A stretch of DNA of 59,726 nt, the filler included. It is 4 parts of 4 records of this genome, joined end to end, with 100 filler letters (N's around TTAATTAATTAA, not from the genome) between each part and the next. Parts side by side here need not be neighbours in the genome. Positions count along the whole stretch, not along the records: positions 1 to 26,631 come from SRR31156797_194; 3 more parts are not named here. One strand, given 5' to 3'. A model generated the notes under the pieces. It was not told where the DNA came from. It did not search any database and worked only from the letters and a program-made list of their open reading frames with translations. Positions 1-10,560 of this stretch are shown piece by piece. The stretch's first letter is position 1. Every line of letters begins with the position of its first letter. Both the position numbers and the translations under genes were made by a program.

Positions 1-2712
1 GTTGAAATCATGGGCCACGCCACCGGCCAAAGTGCCGATGGCTTCCATCTTCTGGGCCTGCCGAAGCTGGGCTTCAAGCCTTTTCTGTTCCGCCTCGGCT
101 TGAACGCGGTCGGAGATGTCCCTGAGGATGCCCCAAAAACCGGTGGGACGTCCCTGGTCGTCGTTCTTTGACCATATGCGCATGGAAACGGGAAATACGG
201 TTCCGTCCCTCCTTAACCGTTCCTTTTCGTAGGCATCGGAATATCCTCTTGTAAGAGCCTGGTTTATGTACTGTTCATCAACTTGATGCCATTTCTCCGG
301 CGTCAGGTCCTGGTACGTCAACTTTTTGATTTCTTCCAGGGTGTGTCCCGTCACATTCCCATAGGCCTGATTGCAGCCCATGATATCCCCGTCCAGGTTG
401 CACTCAACGACCCCATCCACAAGGGACTCGAAAAGCGTACGATATTTCTTCTCGCTCTCCCTCAACAAAGCTTCCGCCCGCTTGTGCGCAGTGATGTCCC
501 GGATGCACACGGCCGCGGCGGATACGGTCCCGTCGTCGGCAAGACAAGGCGTATAGAGGGTGTCCACGGACCGGGGCGCGGCGCCGGAAATTTCGAGTGC
601 TTCATAAGACCGTATTTCCTCTCCCGTGAAGCATCGGTTGAGCCTCGGTTTGACCACATCCCGGAAAAGGGACTTGCCCAGCACATCTTCCAGGCGTTGT
701 CCCGCCAGGACCGTGTTATCCCTGTTCACCAGGCCGCAATAGCTCGGATTCGCCTCCAGGTATACATACCCGTGGTCCACCAGGGCCATGGCCTCCGAGC
801 TGCCGGCGACGATTTGTGCGTACCGGCTGCGCTTCAGCTCAAGGTCCATATTGTGCAACCCAAAAGCAATGTCGCCGGCAATCTCGGCAAGCAGGGACGT
901 CTCTTCCCGGTGGGCCGCAAACGCCATGGGCAGGGAAACGCCGAGCCACCCGTATTCCCGTTCATCGTGGCGCAAGACCACGGTCATGGCCGCGTTTCCG
1001 GGATAAAAGTCCGCCAAGGGGCATTCCCCGCAACCGGCTACCGGGTCATCGATGGTGACCACGCCCCCTTCAGACTGGTCGCACCGGCGGCATGGGGGCG
1101 CCTTGCCCGCCCGGAGCATGGCCGTCAGGGGAGCGAAGGCGCCGTTTTCGAATCCGGTGCAGGCATGCTGCATCCCGCTTGGGGCGCCGTCGGTCAGGAC
1201 GATCCATGCGCCGTGGAAACCGCGCGACGTTACCAGGTTGTCGCAGGCGCCCTGAATTAGGCAGTCCCGTCGTTTCTCTTGCATAATCAGATGGTTCACG
1301 TTTCGGATGGAACGGAGCACGGCGTTGAGATGCGCCTCCCGTGCCCTTGTTTCCATGCGGTCTACGGCCTGCCCTATGAGGCGCGCGATGCCCGCAATGA
1401 GATCAGTCTCTTCTTTCAGGAACGGCCCTTGGTCCATTGCCGGGCGTTCCTCCATATAGAACACCTCGATTGCGCCGCGTGTTCGGCCGGAAATGACAAT
1501 ATCGGCGGATAATCCCCACCGGCTTTCACAAAACGGTTCCGAGACGTCCGTGCGGTTGTCCAGGCGCAGCCGGGCGCACGTAATATCGGGATACTGCCAG
1601 CCGGATGGGATGAGACCCGCGACCCGGTGCAGCACATCTTCCATTGCCTCATGCGGTTCGGCCAATAGTTCTGAAATGCCGTACAAGCAGACCTGTTCCT
1701 TGACCCGTTTTTTGACGAGTTCTTCCAGTTTGCCGCGATATTTTTCCAACTCCCCCTCGGCCCGCTTGCGCGCCGTAATGTCGCGGATCACGCCCACCGT
1801 CCCAAGGAGTGTGGTTTTTTCCCCTTCAGAGCCATGGGCGTAAATGCCCGAGCTGTTAATCTCGGCGGCAATGATGTCCGTCCTGCCCGCCAGGTGCCTG
1901 TTGCCGTCCCGGGGCACAAGGCTTACTTCCAGTCCCACGGTAATCCGGTCTCCGGTCCGTCGTTCGTCAAACAGTTTCGGCGCCTCGTCCGGGTCCGTGC
2001 GCCGGCCCCTGTACCCGGGCAGAACCGATTCACGGCTAACATTGTTCATATGGGCGGGGAGCACTATTTTGGAGAAGCGGCGCCCCAGGAGTTCTTCTTG
2101 GGTGTAGCCTAAAGATCTAACGGCGTTGTTCAGGTAGGTGAACCGGCCTTCGGCGTCTATGCGGTAGACGATATCGGGAATGGTTGTTACCAGGCTCCTG
2201 AACCGTTCCTCCGATGTGGTCAACGAGACGATTTTTTCGGCCAGCGCCGCACGAGCCCGGTCCAGATCCAAAAAGACGCGGACTTTTGAACGCAGCACCT
2301 CCGGTTTGTAGGGTTTGACAATGTAGTCCACCGCACCCGCTTCGTACCCTTCGAAAATGCGCCCCTCGCCGGAATAGACCGCCGTGAGGAAGATGATCGG
2401 AAGGTTTCGGGTATTGGGATCTCCCCTGAGGTGGTCGGCCAATTCGTAGCCGTCCATCCCGGGCATCATGACGTCCAGGATCGCCGCCGCGAAGCGGTGA
2501 ACAAGGGTGGCGGCAAGCGCTTCGTTGCCGTTGTCCGCCTCAATGATATCGGCTTCCAAACCGGCCAGGACCCGGCGCAGGGCCACGAGATTCGCCTTTT
2601 TGTCGTCCACGATCAGGATCTTCGCTCTTTCCAATCCGGCGCCGGGAGCGCAGGGTTCGGAACGTGGAGAAAAGGAGCGGCCCGGCCATTGTTTTCGGTC
2701 TTCTTTGTCCAT
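1..2712 (-). CDS. Hybrid sensor histidine kinase (REC-PAS-GAF-GAF-PAS-PAS-HisKA...), 3' end runs off window start
   Basis: Absent from the ORF track because it has no stop in the window. Manual translation from ATG 2712 gives MDKEDRKQW...AKILIVDDKKANLVAL (receiver). Spot checks in the same frame give VGVIRDITARKRAE (PAS end), VLRSIRNVNHLIMQE (GAF start) and, at positions 60..1, QAQKMEAIGTLAGGVAHDFN (HisKA H-box). Confidence 0.9.
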   Translation of the reverse strand, partial: MDKEDRKQWPGRSFSPRSEPCAPGAGLERAKILIVDDKKANLVALRRVLAGLEADIIEADNGNEALAATLVHRFAAAILDVMMPGMDGYELADHLRGDPNTRNLPIIFLTAVYSGEGRIFEGYEAGAVDYIVKPYKPEVLRSKVRVFLDLDRARAALAEKIVSLTTSEERFRSLVTTIPDIVYRIDAEGRFTYLNNAVRSLGYTQEELLGRRFSKIVLPAHMNNVSRESVLPGYRGRRTDPDEAPKLFDERRTGDRITVGLEVSLVPRDGNRHLAGRTDIIAAEINSSGIYAHGSEGEKTTLLGTVGVIRDITARKRAEGELEKYRGKLEELVKKRVKEQVCLYGISELLAEPHEAMEDVLHRVAGLIPSGWQYPDITCARLRLDNRTDVSEPFCESRWGLSADIVISGRTRGAIEVFYMEERPAMDQGPFLKEETDLIAGIARLIGQAVDRMETRAREAHLNAVLRSIRNVNHLIMQEKRRDCLIQGACDNLVTSRGFHGAWIVLTDGAPSGMQHACTGFENGAFAPLTAMLRAGKAPPCRRCDQSEGGVVTIDDPVAGCGECPLADFYPGNAAMTVVLRHDEREYGWLGVSLPMAFAAHREETSLLAEIAGDIAFGLHNMDLELKRSRYAQIVAGSSEAMALVDHGYVYLEANPSYCGLVNRDNTVLAGQRLEDVLGKSLFRDVVKPRLNRCFTGEEIRSYEALEISGAAPRSVDTLYTPCLADDGTVSAAAVCIRDITAHKRAEALLRESEKKYRTLFESLVDGVVECNLDGDIMGCNQAYGNVTGHTLEEIKKLTYQDLTPEKWHQVDEQYINQALTRGYSDAYEKERLRRDGTVFPVSMRIWSKNDDQGRPTGFWGILRDISDRVQAEAEQKRLEAQLRQAQKMEAIGTLAGGVAHDFN

Positions 2713-2849
2713 ATCAAACTTCCCTCTGGAAAGGATTTCCGCCAAAGCCCGGCACCTCCCGCGGAAGCGCCGAAAGCGATCACCCCCATATCTTTATGGA
2801 TTCTTGCCTTCTCCTCTACGGCCCCGGAATCTTGGCGTATGGGGCCGTA

Positions 2850-5800
2850 TCATCTGTACAACCACACCCTCATCATGGAAATAAGCCGATCTTGGTCCAC
2901 CGGTTTCGGCAGATAGTCGTTGGCGCCCGCATCCATGCACTTTTTGCGGTCCTCGGGCATGGCCTTGGCGGTAAGCGCTATGATGGGAAGTTTTCGAAAC
3001 CTGTCCCTGGCCCGAATCCGCTTCATGGTTTCATAACCATCCACCACGGGCATCATGATATCCATGAGCACCAGGTCCACATCCGGAACCTGTTCAAGCA
3101 CCTGCAGGGCCTGTTCCCCGTTGCCTGCCTTCAGGGCCTGAATGCCGTGCTCCGTGAGGAGTCGCGACAGGGCAAAGGTGGTCCGCATGTCGTCGTCAAC
3201 AACCAGCACCGTCTTGTCTTTAAGCAGAACGTCGGTTTCGTGCAGATTCCGGATCATCTGCTTTTTCCGTTCCGGCATCCCGCTGACCGTGCGGTGAAGA
3301 AAGAGTGACACCTCGTCCAGGAGGCGCTCCCGGGAATGCACGTCCTTGATCACGATCGATTCGGCACGCTCACGCAGTTCCATTTCCTCCTGCTCGGTGA
3401 GGTCCCGGGCCGTGTGAACAATGACCGGCGGGGTGTCCATGCCTTCGGCCTCCATCCTTTTGAGCATCTCACCGCCGTCCATGTCCGGCAGGCGAAGGTC
3501 AAGAATCAGACATCCATACCTTGTGGCCCGCAGGGCTTCAAGACCCTGCTCCCCCGTGGCCGCTTCGTCCACCTTGACGTCCCCGTTTCCGATGAGTTGC
3601 TTCATGTTGTGGCGCATCTCTTCGTCGTCCTCCACCAGCAGGACCCGTTTGGTCTTCTCCGCAGCGGTTTCTTCGATTTTCTTGAATGCTTCCTCCAGTT
3701 CTTCCTGGTTGATGGGCTTGGTGGCGTGAGCAATGGCGCCTTTGCGCAGGGATTCGGTCTTCATCTTTTCCACGGAGACAACGTGAACGGGGATATGCCG
3801 GGTTCTGATGTCGTCTTTGAGCGCACTCAGCACGGCCCAGCCGTCCATGCCGGGAAGGCGGATATCGAGAATGACGCCGTCCGGGAGGTGCTTCCCCGCG
3901 AGTTCCAGACCGGCCTCCCCCGAAGATGCCGCCAGGCATTTGAAGCCGCGCGAGCAACACTTGTCGTAGAGGACCTTGGCGAACTTGAGGTCGTCCTCGA
4001 TGACGAGCATGACCCTGTCGCTTTCTCCAAGGCTTTCACGGTCATCGGGAATGGATGCGGGTTCGGAACCCGGAAGGGATGCCTCCTTCCCAGTTTCAAA
4101 CTTTGATTCCCGCGTCTCTTGACCCTTTATGGGCAGATAAAGGGTGAAAACGGCGCCTTTCCCCGGCTCGCTTTCCAACTGGATCTCTCCGCCCAGAAGA
4201 TTGGCCAGTTCCCGGGAGATGGAAAGCCCCAGGCCCGTACCGCCGTGCTTCCTCGCCGTACCGCCGTCGACCTGCTGGAACGCCTCGAAGATGGTTTTCT
4301 GGTGCTCCCGGGCGATCCCCATGCCGGTGTCCTTGACGGCCACGGCAAGAGACCCGGCCTGGGACAGGCCGCTTTTTGAGAGGTCCTTGCCCGGGGCGGG
4401 GCGGCCGAAGGCGATACGCACACTTCCGGTCTCCGTGAACTTGATGGCGTTGGACGTGAGGTTCCGGATGACCTGCTCCACGCGGCCCCGGTCGCAGGTA
4501 ATTCCGGTCGGTGCGTTTCCGCTTACCGTCACCTCCAGGCCGATCCCTTTCTCCTCGGCCATGTGCCGGAAGGAGGCGCGGACGCTGTCCGCAAGGTCCC
4601 TCACCCGCACCTGGTTGAGATGGAGGTCCATACGTCCGGCTTCGATTTTGGAGAGGTCCAGGATCTCGTTGATGAGGTTCAAAAGGTCGCTGCCGCTGCC
4701 GTAAACAATTTTTGCGGATTCGACCTGGTCGGCGGTCAGGTTGCCGTCCCTGTTCTCCGCAAGTCCTTGCGCCAGGATCAGGAGGCTGTTCAGCGGGGTG
4801 CGCAATTCGTGGCTCATGTTGGCCAAAAATTGCGATTTGTATTTGCTGGCCAGGGCTACCTCCGCCGCTTTCTCCTCGATCCCCTTCCGCGCTCGTTCCA
4901 CCTCCCTCTTCTGATGCTCCAAAAGCTCGTTCTTTTCCTCCAGCTCCTCGTTGGTTGTCTGAAGTTCCTCCTGCTGGGTCTTGAGCCTTTCCTCGGACGT
5001 CTGTAATCTCTCGGTATGCGCTTGGAGTTCCTCGTTGGCGAACTTGAGTTCTTCCTCGGACGTCTGCAATTCCTCGTTGGCCGCCTTGAGTTCTTCCTGT
5101 TGCGTCTGGAGTTCCTCGGACAGCCGCCGGCTCTCCTCCAAAGACACCGCCAGTTGGGTCCGGCTTTTCGCGCTGTCAATGGCGACCGCGATATTTTTCA
5201 TCACCATGTCCAGGAATTCCGAATGGGAATCGGTGAATCCGGCCAGGGTTCCCAGCTCCATCACCCCGACCACCTCGTTGTTATGGATAATGGGCTTCAC
5301 ATAGATATTCCGAGGCGCGATTTCCCCCAGTCCGGACTCGATGATAATGTAGTCTTCCGGAACATTCGTCAGGATAATATCTTCCTTCTCCAGGGCCGCC
5401 TGCCCCACCAACCCCTCGCCGGGCTTGTACCGGTCGGCAAGGTGCTTTCTCCGTTTGTGGGCGTAACTGGCCGTGAGATTGAGGGTCCCATTCCCGTTTG
5501 CCAAATATATCACGCCGGTGCGCGCTTCAAGGTACTTACACAGAAAGGTGATGATATTGCGGCACATGGCGCCGGTTTCAAGATTTCCGCCCAACAGCCC
5601 CGAGAGTTCGGCCTGGGCTGCTTTTTGCGCGGCTTGCCGCGTCAGTTTGTTTTCAGCCAGTTTCCGGTCGGTGATATCGAAAAAGCTCTCGATGACCCCC
5701 CTGTAAGAGCCGTCCGGGGCGTTGAGCCGCGCAGCCTTCATGATGCAGACAGCCTCTTTGCCGTCCCTCCTGGTTTTGGTTACTTCACGTTCGAAGATGT

Positions 5801-6812
5801 CCGTAACGCCGGTCTCGAACTGCCTGACGGGGCACTGGTTCGTGTGACATAAGGGACCGGAGAATGCCTCATGGCACTTTATTTTTTCGCCGGCTTCCTT
5901 TTTGATGCCGGACAGAGCCACAAACTGGTCGTTGGTTCGCAATTGGTTGAAGTCCCTGTCGATGAGCCGCTTGGCGTCAACCGCCACGTGGAACATGCTG
6001 TCCAGTTCGCCGTGGGTGCGGACCGTCTCCTCTTCCGAATTGCGGTAGGACAACATGGCCAGCCAGAAGGCCAGGATGTATCCGCCGAGGCGCAGCACAT
6101 GCCAGAACCACCAGCCCGTCTCCCAGATTGCGGACATCTGGAAGAGAACCCCGGCGCCTCCGAAAAGAAGGCAAAGGAGCAGGAAAAGCAGATCCTCGGG
6201 GTTTCCGCTCTTGCGGCAACGGATGGCAAAGTTCACCGCCGCGAGGAGCGTCAGGCCGCCGCCCAGGAAGTTGATCCCTTTGGCCGCGGGGGTGAAACCG
6301 CCTTCCACCACCATGGCCGGAAGGCTTTCCGGATAGAGAGTGGAGAAGACGCCGACGGATACCGCAACGAGCAACGCGGCCCCGGCGGCAGCCAGCGCGG
6401 TCCCGGGATGAATCTCCCGTTCCGGGAACCACACCAGGGCAAAGAAGAGACCGCCGGCCAGCACCGCCAGGCTGTGCAGCCAAACGAAGGAAACGCCCAC
6501 GGGAACACAACTGTGGATTATGTCGAGGGTCGCCATGGAGATGAGCGCCAGGGCGATCCACATTCTGCGGGAAGTCTGGGCCCTCTGTTGCGAGAACAGG
6601 ATCAAGAACCCGAGTACCAGGCCGACCGCGGCCCCGGCCACCTCCAGGGTGGAGTGGAACGGCAGGGAGAGCCAGCTCCGGGCGGGCAGCACGCTCTGGA
6701 TTAGGAAGGTTCCCAGAACAGGTGCCCCTATTCCAAAGATGAGTGCCGTCCAGAATATCCAAACAGGGGATATTTGCGCCGGAACCATTTCTCTATTTAT
6801 GCCTTCTGACAT
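2850..6812 (-). CDS. Membrane hybrid sensor histidine kinase (MASE3-like TM region, PAS, GAF, coiled coil, HisKA, HATPase, three REC domains)
   Basis: Multi-TM N-terminus with FHSTLE; FLANMSHELRTPLN H-box; NLTSNAIKFT, DTGMGI and GGTGLGL boxes; receivers VIEDD/ILDIRLP, LVEDD/ILDLRLP and VVDDD/LMDIMMP. Confidence 0.93.
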   Translation of the reverse strand: MSEGINREMVPAQISPVWIFWTALIFGIGAPVLGTFLIQSVLPARSWLSLPFHSTLEVAGAAVGLVLGFLILFSQQRAQTSRRMWIALALISMATLDIIHSCVPVGVSFVWLHSLAVLAGGLFFALVWFPEREIHPGTALAAAGAALLVAVSVGVFSTLYPESLPAMVVEGGFTPAAKGINFLGGGLTLLAAVNFAIRCRKSGNPEDLLFLLLCLLFGGAGVLFQMSAIWETGWWFWHVLRLGGYILAFWLAMLSYRNSEEETVRTHGELDSMFHVAVDAKRLIDRDFNQLRTNDQFVALSGIKKEAGEKIKCHEAFSGPLCHTNQCPVRQFETGVTDIFEREVTKTRRDGKEAVCIMKAARLNAPDGSYRGVIESFFDITDRKLAENKLTRQAAQKAAQAELSGLLGGNLETGAMCRNIITFLCKYLEARTGVIYLANGNGTLNLTASYAHKRRKHLADRYKPGEGLVGQAALEKEDIILTNVPEDYIIIESGLGEIAPRNIYVKPIIHNNEVVGVMELGTLAGFTDSHSEFLDMVMKNIAVAIDSAKSRTQLAVSLEESRRLSEELQTQQEELKAANEELQTSEEELKFANEELQAHTERLQTSEERLKTQQEELQTTNEELEEKNELLEHQKREVERARKGIEEKAAEVALASKYKSQFLANMSHELRTPLNSLLILAQGLAENRDGNLTADQVESAKIVYGSGSDLLNLINEILDLSKIEAGRMDLHLNQVRVRDLADSVRASFRHMAEEKGIGLEVTVSGNAPTGITCDRGRVEQVIRNLTSNAIKFTETGSVRIAFGRPAPGKDLSKSGLSQAGSLAVAVKDTGMGIAREHQKTIFEAFQQVDGGTARKHGGTGLGLSISRELANLLGGEIQLESEPGKGAVFTLYLPIKGQETRESKFETGKEASLPGSEPASIPDDRESLGESDRVMLVIEDDLKFAKVLYDKCCSRGFKCLAASSGEAGLELAGKHLPDGVILDIRLPGMDGWAVLSALKDDIRTRHIPVHVVSVEKMKTESLRKGAIAHATKPINQEELEEAFKKIEETAAEKTKRVLLVEDDEEMRHNMKQLIGNGDVKVDEAATGEQGLEALRATRYGCLILDLRLPDMDGGEMLKRMEAEGMDTPPVIVHTARDLTEQEEMELRERAESIVIKDVHSRERLLDEVSLFLHRTVSGMPERKKQMIRNLHETDVLLKDKTVLVVDDDMRTTFALSRLLTEHGIQALKAGNGEQALQVLEQVPDVDLVLMDIMMPVVDGYETMKRIRARDRFRKLPIIALTAKAMPEDRKKCMDAGANDYLPKPVDQDRLISMMRVWLYR

Positions 6813-7323
6813 TTGGGAACCTCCATGCCAAAGCCTCGGCGGCGTCTGAAAAAAGGCAAAGTCGATAAAAAAATGTCTTTTGGGCCTTTGAAATAGCGAA
6901 AATTCGATTAAATATTAGGTGGCAATGGTTAAAAATACGTTAATATAGCAAGGATGAAGTTAAGTAAGTGGGCATGATAAGAAACCGGATTATAAGAAAG
7001 AATAGTGTGTTTCCGTCTCCTTATTTTGCAATTGGTTTGGTTTAATGCCTAAAAAAATAAGCTCCCAACAAACAAACGATTCCCATTAGGAGCCGGTCAT
7101 ATGTATTTTGATGTGTTTTCTCACGGGGACCTCCTGAATAGAGGTTGGATAGCAGGCTGAATTCACTTTGATGTAATGATAAAATCTGTTTTAAGTCAAG
7201 GGAAATCAGCATTTGTTGGAATCTCTTCACGCTCGGGGGTTATGGATTATAGAAATGAAAAAATAGGGTCAGGTCTTAATTGGTTTATCATGGTCAGCCG
7301 TCTCTGACGGACTTCCCCCGGTT

Positions 7324-7758
7324 TTACGGGAGGATTGCACCACTGACGATGATGTATCGCGCAAGTTTTCCGGATGCAACAAGGATGAAGAATATTATAA
7401 TGTTAATCTTCAGTACGCCTGCCGCCACCGTCAACGGATCGCCGATGACGGGCGCCCACGCAAATAATAGACTCAACACGCCATATTTCCTGAATCGCTC
7501 TTTTGCCCTAACGAATGCATCTTCCGAGATCCTTGAGACTTTTTTTACGAGAAACAAGCTGCCCCAATAGCCCAGGGCATAATTCGTAAATGATCCGAGC
7601 ACATTTCCAACGGTGGCAATGCATACCGATAGGATTGGATCAAAACCGTTCAACAAAAGAAAGCCGAGAACCACTTCCGAACTCAACGGCAGTATGGTTG
7701 CCGCCAAAAATGAGGCCAAAAAAAGCCCCACATAACCCAATTGGGTAGCGTATTCCAC
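7324..7758 (-). CDS. YqaA/DedA (VTT domain) membrane protein
   Basis: LFLASFLAATILPLSSE, ATVGNVLGS and WAPVIGDPLTVAAG motifs typical of YqaA. Confidence 0.88.
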   Translation of the reverse strand: MEYATQLGYVGLFLASFLAATILPLSSEVVLGFLLLNGFDPILSVCIATVGNVLGSFTNYALGYWGSLFLVKKVSRISEDAFVRAKERFRKYGVLSLLFAWAPVIGDPLTVAAGVLKINIIIFFILVASGKLARYIIVSGAILP

Positions 7759-8226
7759 GTGGTATACTCTGCAATTTTCAACTGAATATTGACGGTTCGC
7801 TTGCGATTTGGCTGAATCCCAGGCCGGTTGACCAAGCCTTCGGAAACGTAAATAAATGTCATTTCAAGGGTCCCGGGTATGCTGCAAACCTTGAATGGTC
7901 CCTCAATTCCGGATTCACAATTTCATAAAATCGGGATGGAACATAACAGGTCCCATCCGGATTGTTAATCTAAAATTCCACCCGGGATCCAGTATCCCGT
8001 CTTTCGCGCAATTGACGTATGTCAAAGGGCGTCAAACTTTGACCCTGCAACATTATTTCTGTTTAAATCTCCGGTCCATTATTCCGGACCAAATTTTCTT
8101 GACTTTCCCTTTCTTTCAAATATCATCCTGAATAAATACTTATTCCATGGATAAAACCCACTGTCTTCATGGCTTTTGAATGGGGGGCATACCGGTGGCT
8201 GAAGCCACCGATGCAAAAGGAGATCG

Positions 8227-9114
8227 ATGGAAAAAATCCTACACATCACCAGCGGGGACATGGCAGGGGATAAACTGGCCGAAAGCGGCATTCCCGGGGA
8301 AGTGTTCGTCTGGCATGACATCCTCTATGACGGTCCGAGGAAACCCGGCTGGCCGGACGAGGAAACATTGCATGCCAGGGCGCGATTCCTCGAAGCATCA
8401 ACCGGAGAAGGACTCAGCAAGGAATATGTCCTTGAAACCCTGAAGGCCCAGTATGAAAAGCTTAAAACAGCCAATCGTTATACCTACGTTGTGCTTTGGT
8501 TTGATGCGTGCCTTTTCGACCAGTCCATGCTCTGCCACATTCTCATGTGCATGGAAATGCTGAAAATGAAGACGGTTGACCTTCTTTGCATTGACGCTTT
8601 CCCCGGAATCGATCCGTATCATGGGCTGGGGCAACTTTCACCCGATCAACTGGCATCCATGTATGAGCAACGTCGGCCGGTGACGGAGACGCAATTCCTT
8701 TTCGCTGAACGCGTTGATCGCGCCTTTGCACTCCAGAACCCGGACGCCTTTAAGGAATTGGCCCACTATCACAAGGCCCCTCTGCCTTGGGTTCGGGCGG
8801 CGGTAAGGCGCTGGATGGAGGAGAGCCCCGGGGAAACGGGGATGGGGCGGCTAGAACGGCTGGCGCTTCAGGCGGTTCGCGCCGGTTGCGAAAGGGCGGC
8901 GGATATTTTTTCCTACGTGTCCGCCAGGGAGACGCCGCCCCAATATTGGGGAGATATCACACTCTGGGAGAAAATTAACGGATTGGCGGAACGGGAACCG
9001 CCGCTGGTTAAAATTGAAGGGCCGAGACCGCGACTGCCCCAATGGGAGGGAACCGTTGATCTGAAGCGTTTTAGAATATACCCGATGGAGGAGAAGACAC
9101 CACCTCGGATCTGA
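8227..9114 (+). CDS. DUF1835-family protein
   Basis: LHITSGD...WHDILYDGP...VVLWFDACLFDQ resembles the DUF1835 pattern; GGAG RBS upstream. Confidence 0.7.
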   Translation: MEKILHITSGDMAGDKLAESGIPGEVFVWHDILYDGPRKPGWPDEETLHARARFLEASTGEGLSKEYVLETLKAQYEKLKTANRYTYVVLWFDACLFDQSMLCHILMCMEMLKMKTVDLLCIDAFPGIDPYHGLGQLSPDQLASMYEQRRPVTETQFLFAERVDRAFALQNPDAFKELAHYHKAPLPWVRAAVRRWMEESPGETGMGRLERLALQAVRAGCERAADIFSYVSARETPPQYWGDITLWEKINGLAEREPPLVKIEGPRPRLPQWEGTVDLKRFRIYPMEEKTPPRI

Positions 9115-9125
9115 GCAGAAATAAT

Positions 9126-9701
9126 ATGGAAAAGTATCTAAAATCAAACGAGATTATTGACTGGCACCATCCCGAAATATTATCGAGGGCAGAGCGTCTT
9201 TCCGCCGGGAAAAATTCCTCCACGGAAATTGCAAAATCATGCTTTGAATGGGTTCGGGATCATATCAAACATATTGATGATTATGATATCCCAACCGTAT
9301 CCGTCTCTGCCTCGGAAGCATTGAAATCAGGGTCCGGCATCTGCTATGCCAAAAGCCATTTGCTGGCGGCGCTATTGCGTGCAAATGCCATCCCCTCCGG
9401 ATTCTGCTATCAGAGACTCAGCAGAGACGATAACGGCGCGCCTTTTTGCTTGCATGGCCTAAATGCGGTTTACCTGCCTGAAATCGGTTGGTACCGGATT
9501 GATCCGAGGGGAAATAAAGAAGGGGTAAACGCTCAATTTACGCCCCCTGTAGAGCAATTGGCCTTTTCCGTCCAGATAGAAGGGGAGATGGATTTCCCCC
9601 AAATAATATCTGATCCGCTTCCGATCATAATTGAAGCATTAAAAAAATATACAATTAAAGATGAATTATGGAATAATCTGCCGGATCTGCAGGCCGTATA
9701 A
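9126..9701 (+). CDS. Transglutaminase-like family protein
   Basis: GICYAKSHLLAALLRA (Cys), LHGLNAVY (His) and WYRIDPRGN (Asp) form the catalytic triad pattern. Confidence 0.88.
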   Translation: MEKYLKSNEIIDWHHPEILSRAERLSAGKNSSTEIAKSCFEWVRDHIKHIDDYDIPTVSVSASEALKSGSGICYAKSHLLAALLRANAIPSGFCYQRLSRDDNGAPFCLHGLNAVYLPEIGWYRIDPRGNKEGVNAQFTPPVEQLAFSVQIEGEMDFPQIISDPLPIIIEALKKYTIKDELWNNLPDLQAV

Positions 9702-9797
9702 GACGGAGTCCGGAGTACATGTGGTCGGAGGTCTGCGGTTATGGGGAGATAAACCGCTGGAGCTTTGCCTGACATTTTGACTGGAGACATTGATAAG

Positions 9798-10286
9798 ATG
9801 ACAGAGAATTTGCTGGAAGGAAAACGGGTTCTCATTGTGGATGACGAACCCGACGTGTTGGAAACCCTGGAAGAGTTGCTGCCCATGTGCAGCGTTGTGG
9901 AAGCGTCCACCTTTGAAGATGCCAAAAACCGTCTGGAACGGGAAACTTTTGATATTGCCGTTCTCGATATCATGGGCGTGGATGGGTACGCCCTTCTGGA
10001 AATCGCCAATGAGAAGAACATCCCCGCCGTCATGCTGACGGCCCACGCAATGAGCGTGGAAGACACGGTGAGATCCTTCAAAGGGGGAGCCGCTTCTTAC
10101 GTGCCGAAAGAGCAAATAATCCATATGGCCACATTTTTGGAAGATATGCTGGATGCCCGGGAAACAGCGAAAAGCCTGTGGCGTCGATGGATCGAACGGT
10201 TTGGGACCTATTACGACAATGAATTCGGTTCCGACTGGCAGCAACGGGACAAGGAATTCTGGGAAAGATTTAAATACGGGGTTTAG
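9798..10286 (+). CDS. Single-domain response regulator with short C-terminal extension
   Basis: LIVDDEPDV, AVLDIMGVDG, VMLTAHA and YVPK receiver motifs. ATG 9798 is preferred over the upstream start in the ORF track. Confidence 0.85.
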   Translation: MTENLLEGKRVLIVDDEPDVLETLEELLPMCSVVEASTFEDAKNRLERETFDIAVLDIMGVDGYALLEIANEKNIPAVMLTAHAMSVEDTVRSFKGGAASYVPKEQIIHMATFLEDMLDARETAKSLWRRWIERFGTYYDNEFGSDWQQRDKEFWERFKYGV

Positions 10287-10379
10287 AAAATTGTTAAGGC
10301 GCTTATGATTTTTTACGGAACCGGCAATATAAAATAAGACAATCAAACGAACGTGACGGCGCGTTCAAACGGTAATGAC

Positions 10380-10420
10380 GCCTCCTTTGCCTGCTACAGG
10401 GCAAAGGGGGCTTTTTTTTT
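10380..10420 (+). terminator. Rho-independent terminator
   Basis: GCCTCCTTTGCC-loop-GGCAAAGGGGGC hairpin followed by a T9 tract, downstream of the + strand genes. Confidence 0.75.
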
Positions 10421-10495
10421 ACAGTTCGGTTCTGTACGGCCCCAACGCCATGGGAGGATGAACCCCTGAAGGATGGTCATCATCAAATTATACTC

Positions 10496-10531
10496 AAAAA
10501 GCCTGTGACCCTCCTATCCGTCACAGGCTTT
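10496..10531 (-). terminator. Rho-independent terminator for the MCP/SBP operon
   Basis: AAAGCCTGTGAC...GTCACAGGCTTT inverted repeat with a T-tract on the minus strand, 30 nt after the stop at 10561. Confidence 0.65.
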
Positions 10532-10560
10532 GTTCTTTTGCTACCTATCAAAAGATCAAA

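Noticed and set aside
4930-5125. Imperfect tandem repeats (EELK/QxxNEEL) in the sensor kinase
   Set aside because: These are in-frame coiled-coil heptads common before HisKA domains, not a CRISPR or other DNA-level array.
283-6849. Many long + strand ORFs (e.g. 283-1260, 3336-4106, 5016-5852, 5871-6704)
   Set aside because: They are antisense shadows of GC-rich kinase genes and have no recognisable motifs. The same applies to shadow ORFs over the TRAP and hut genes.
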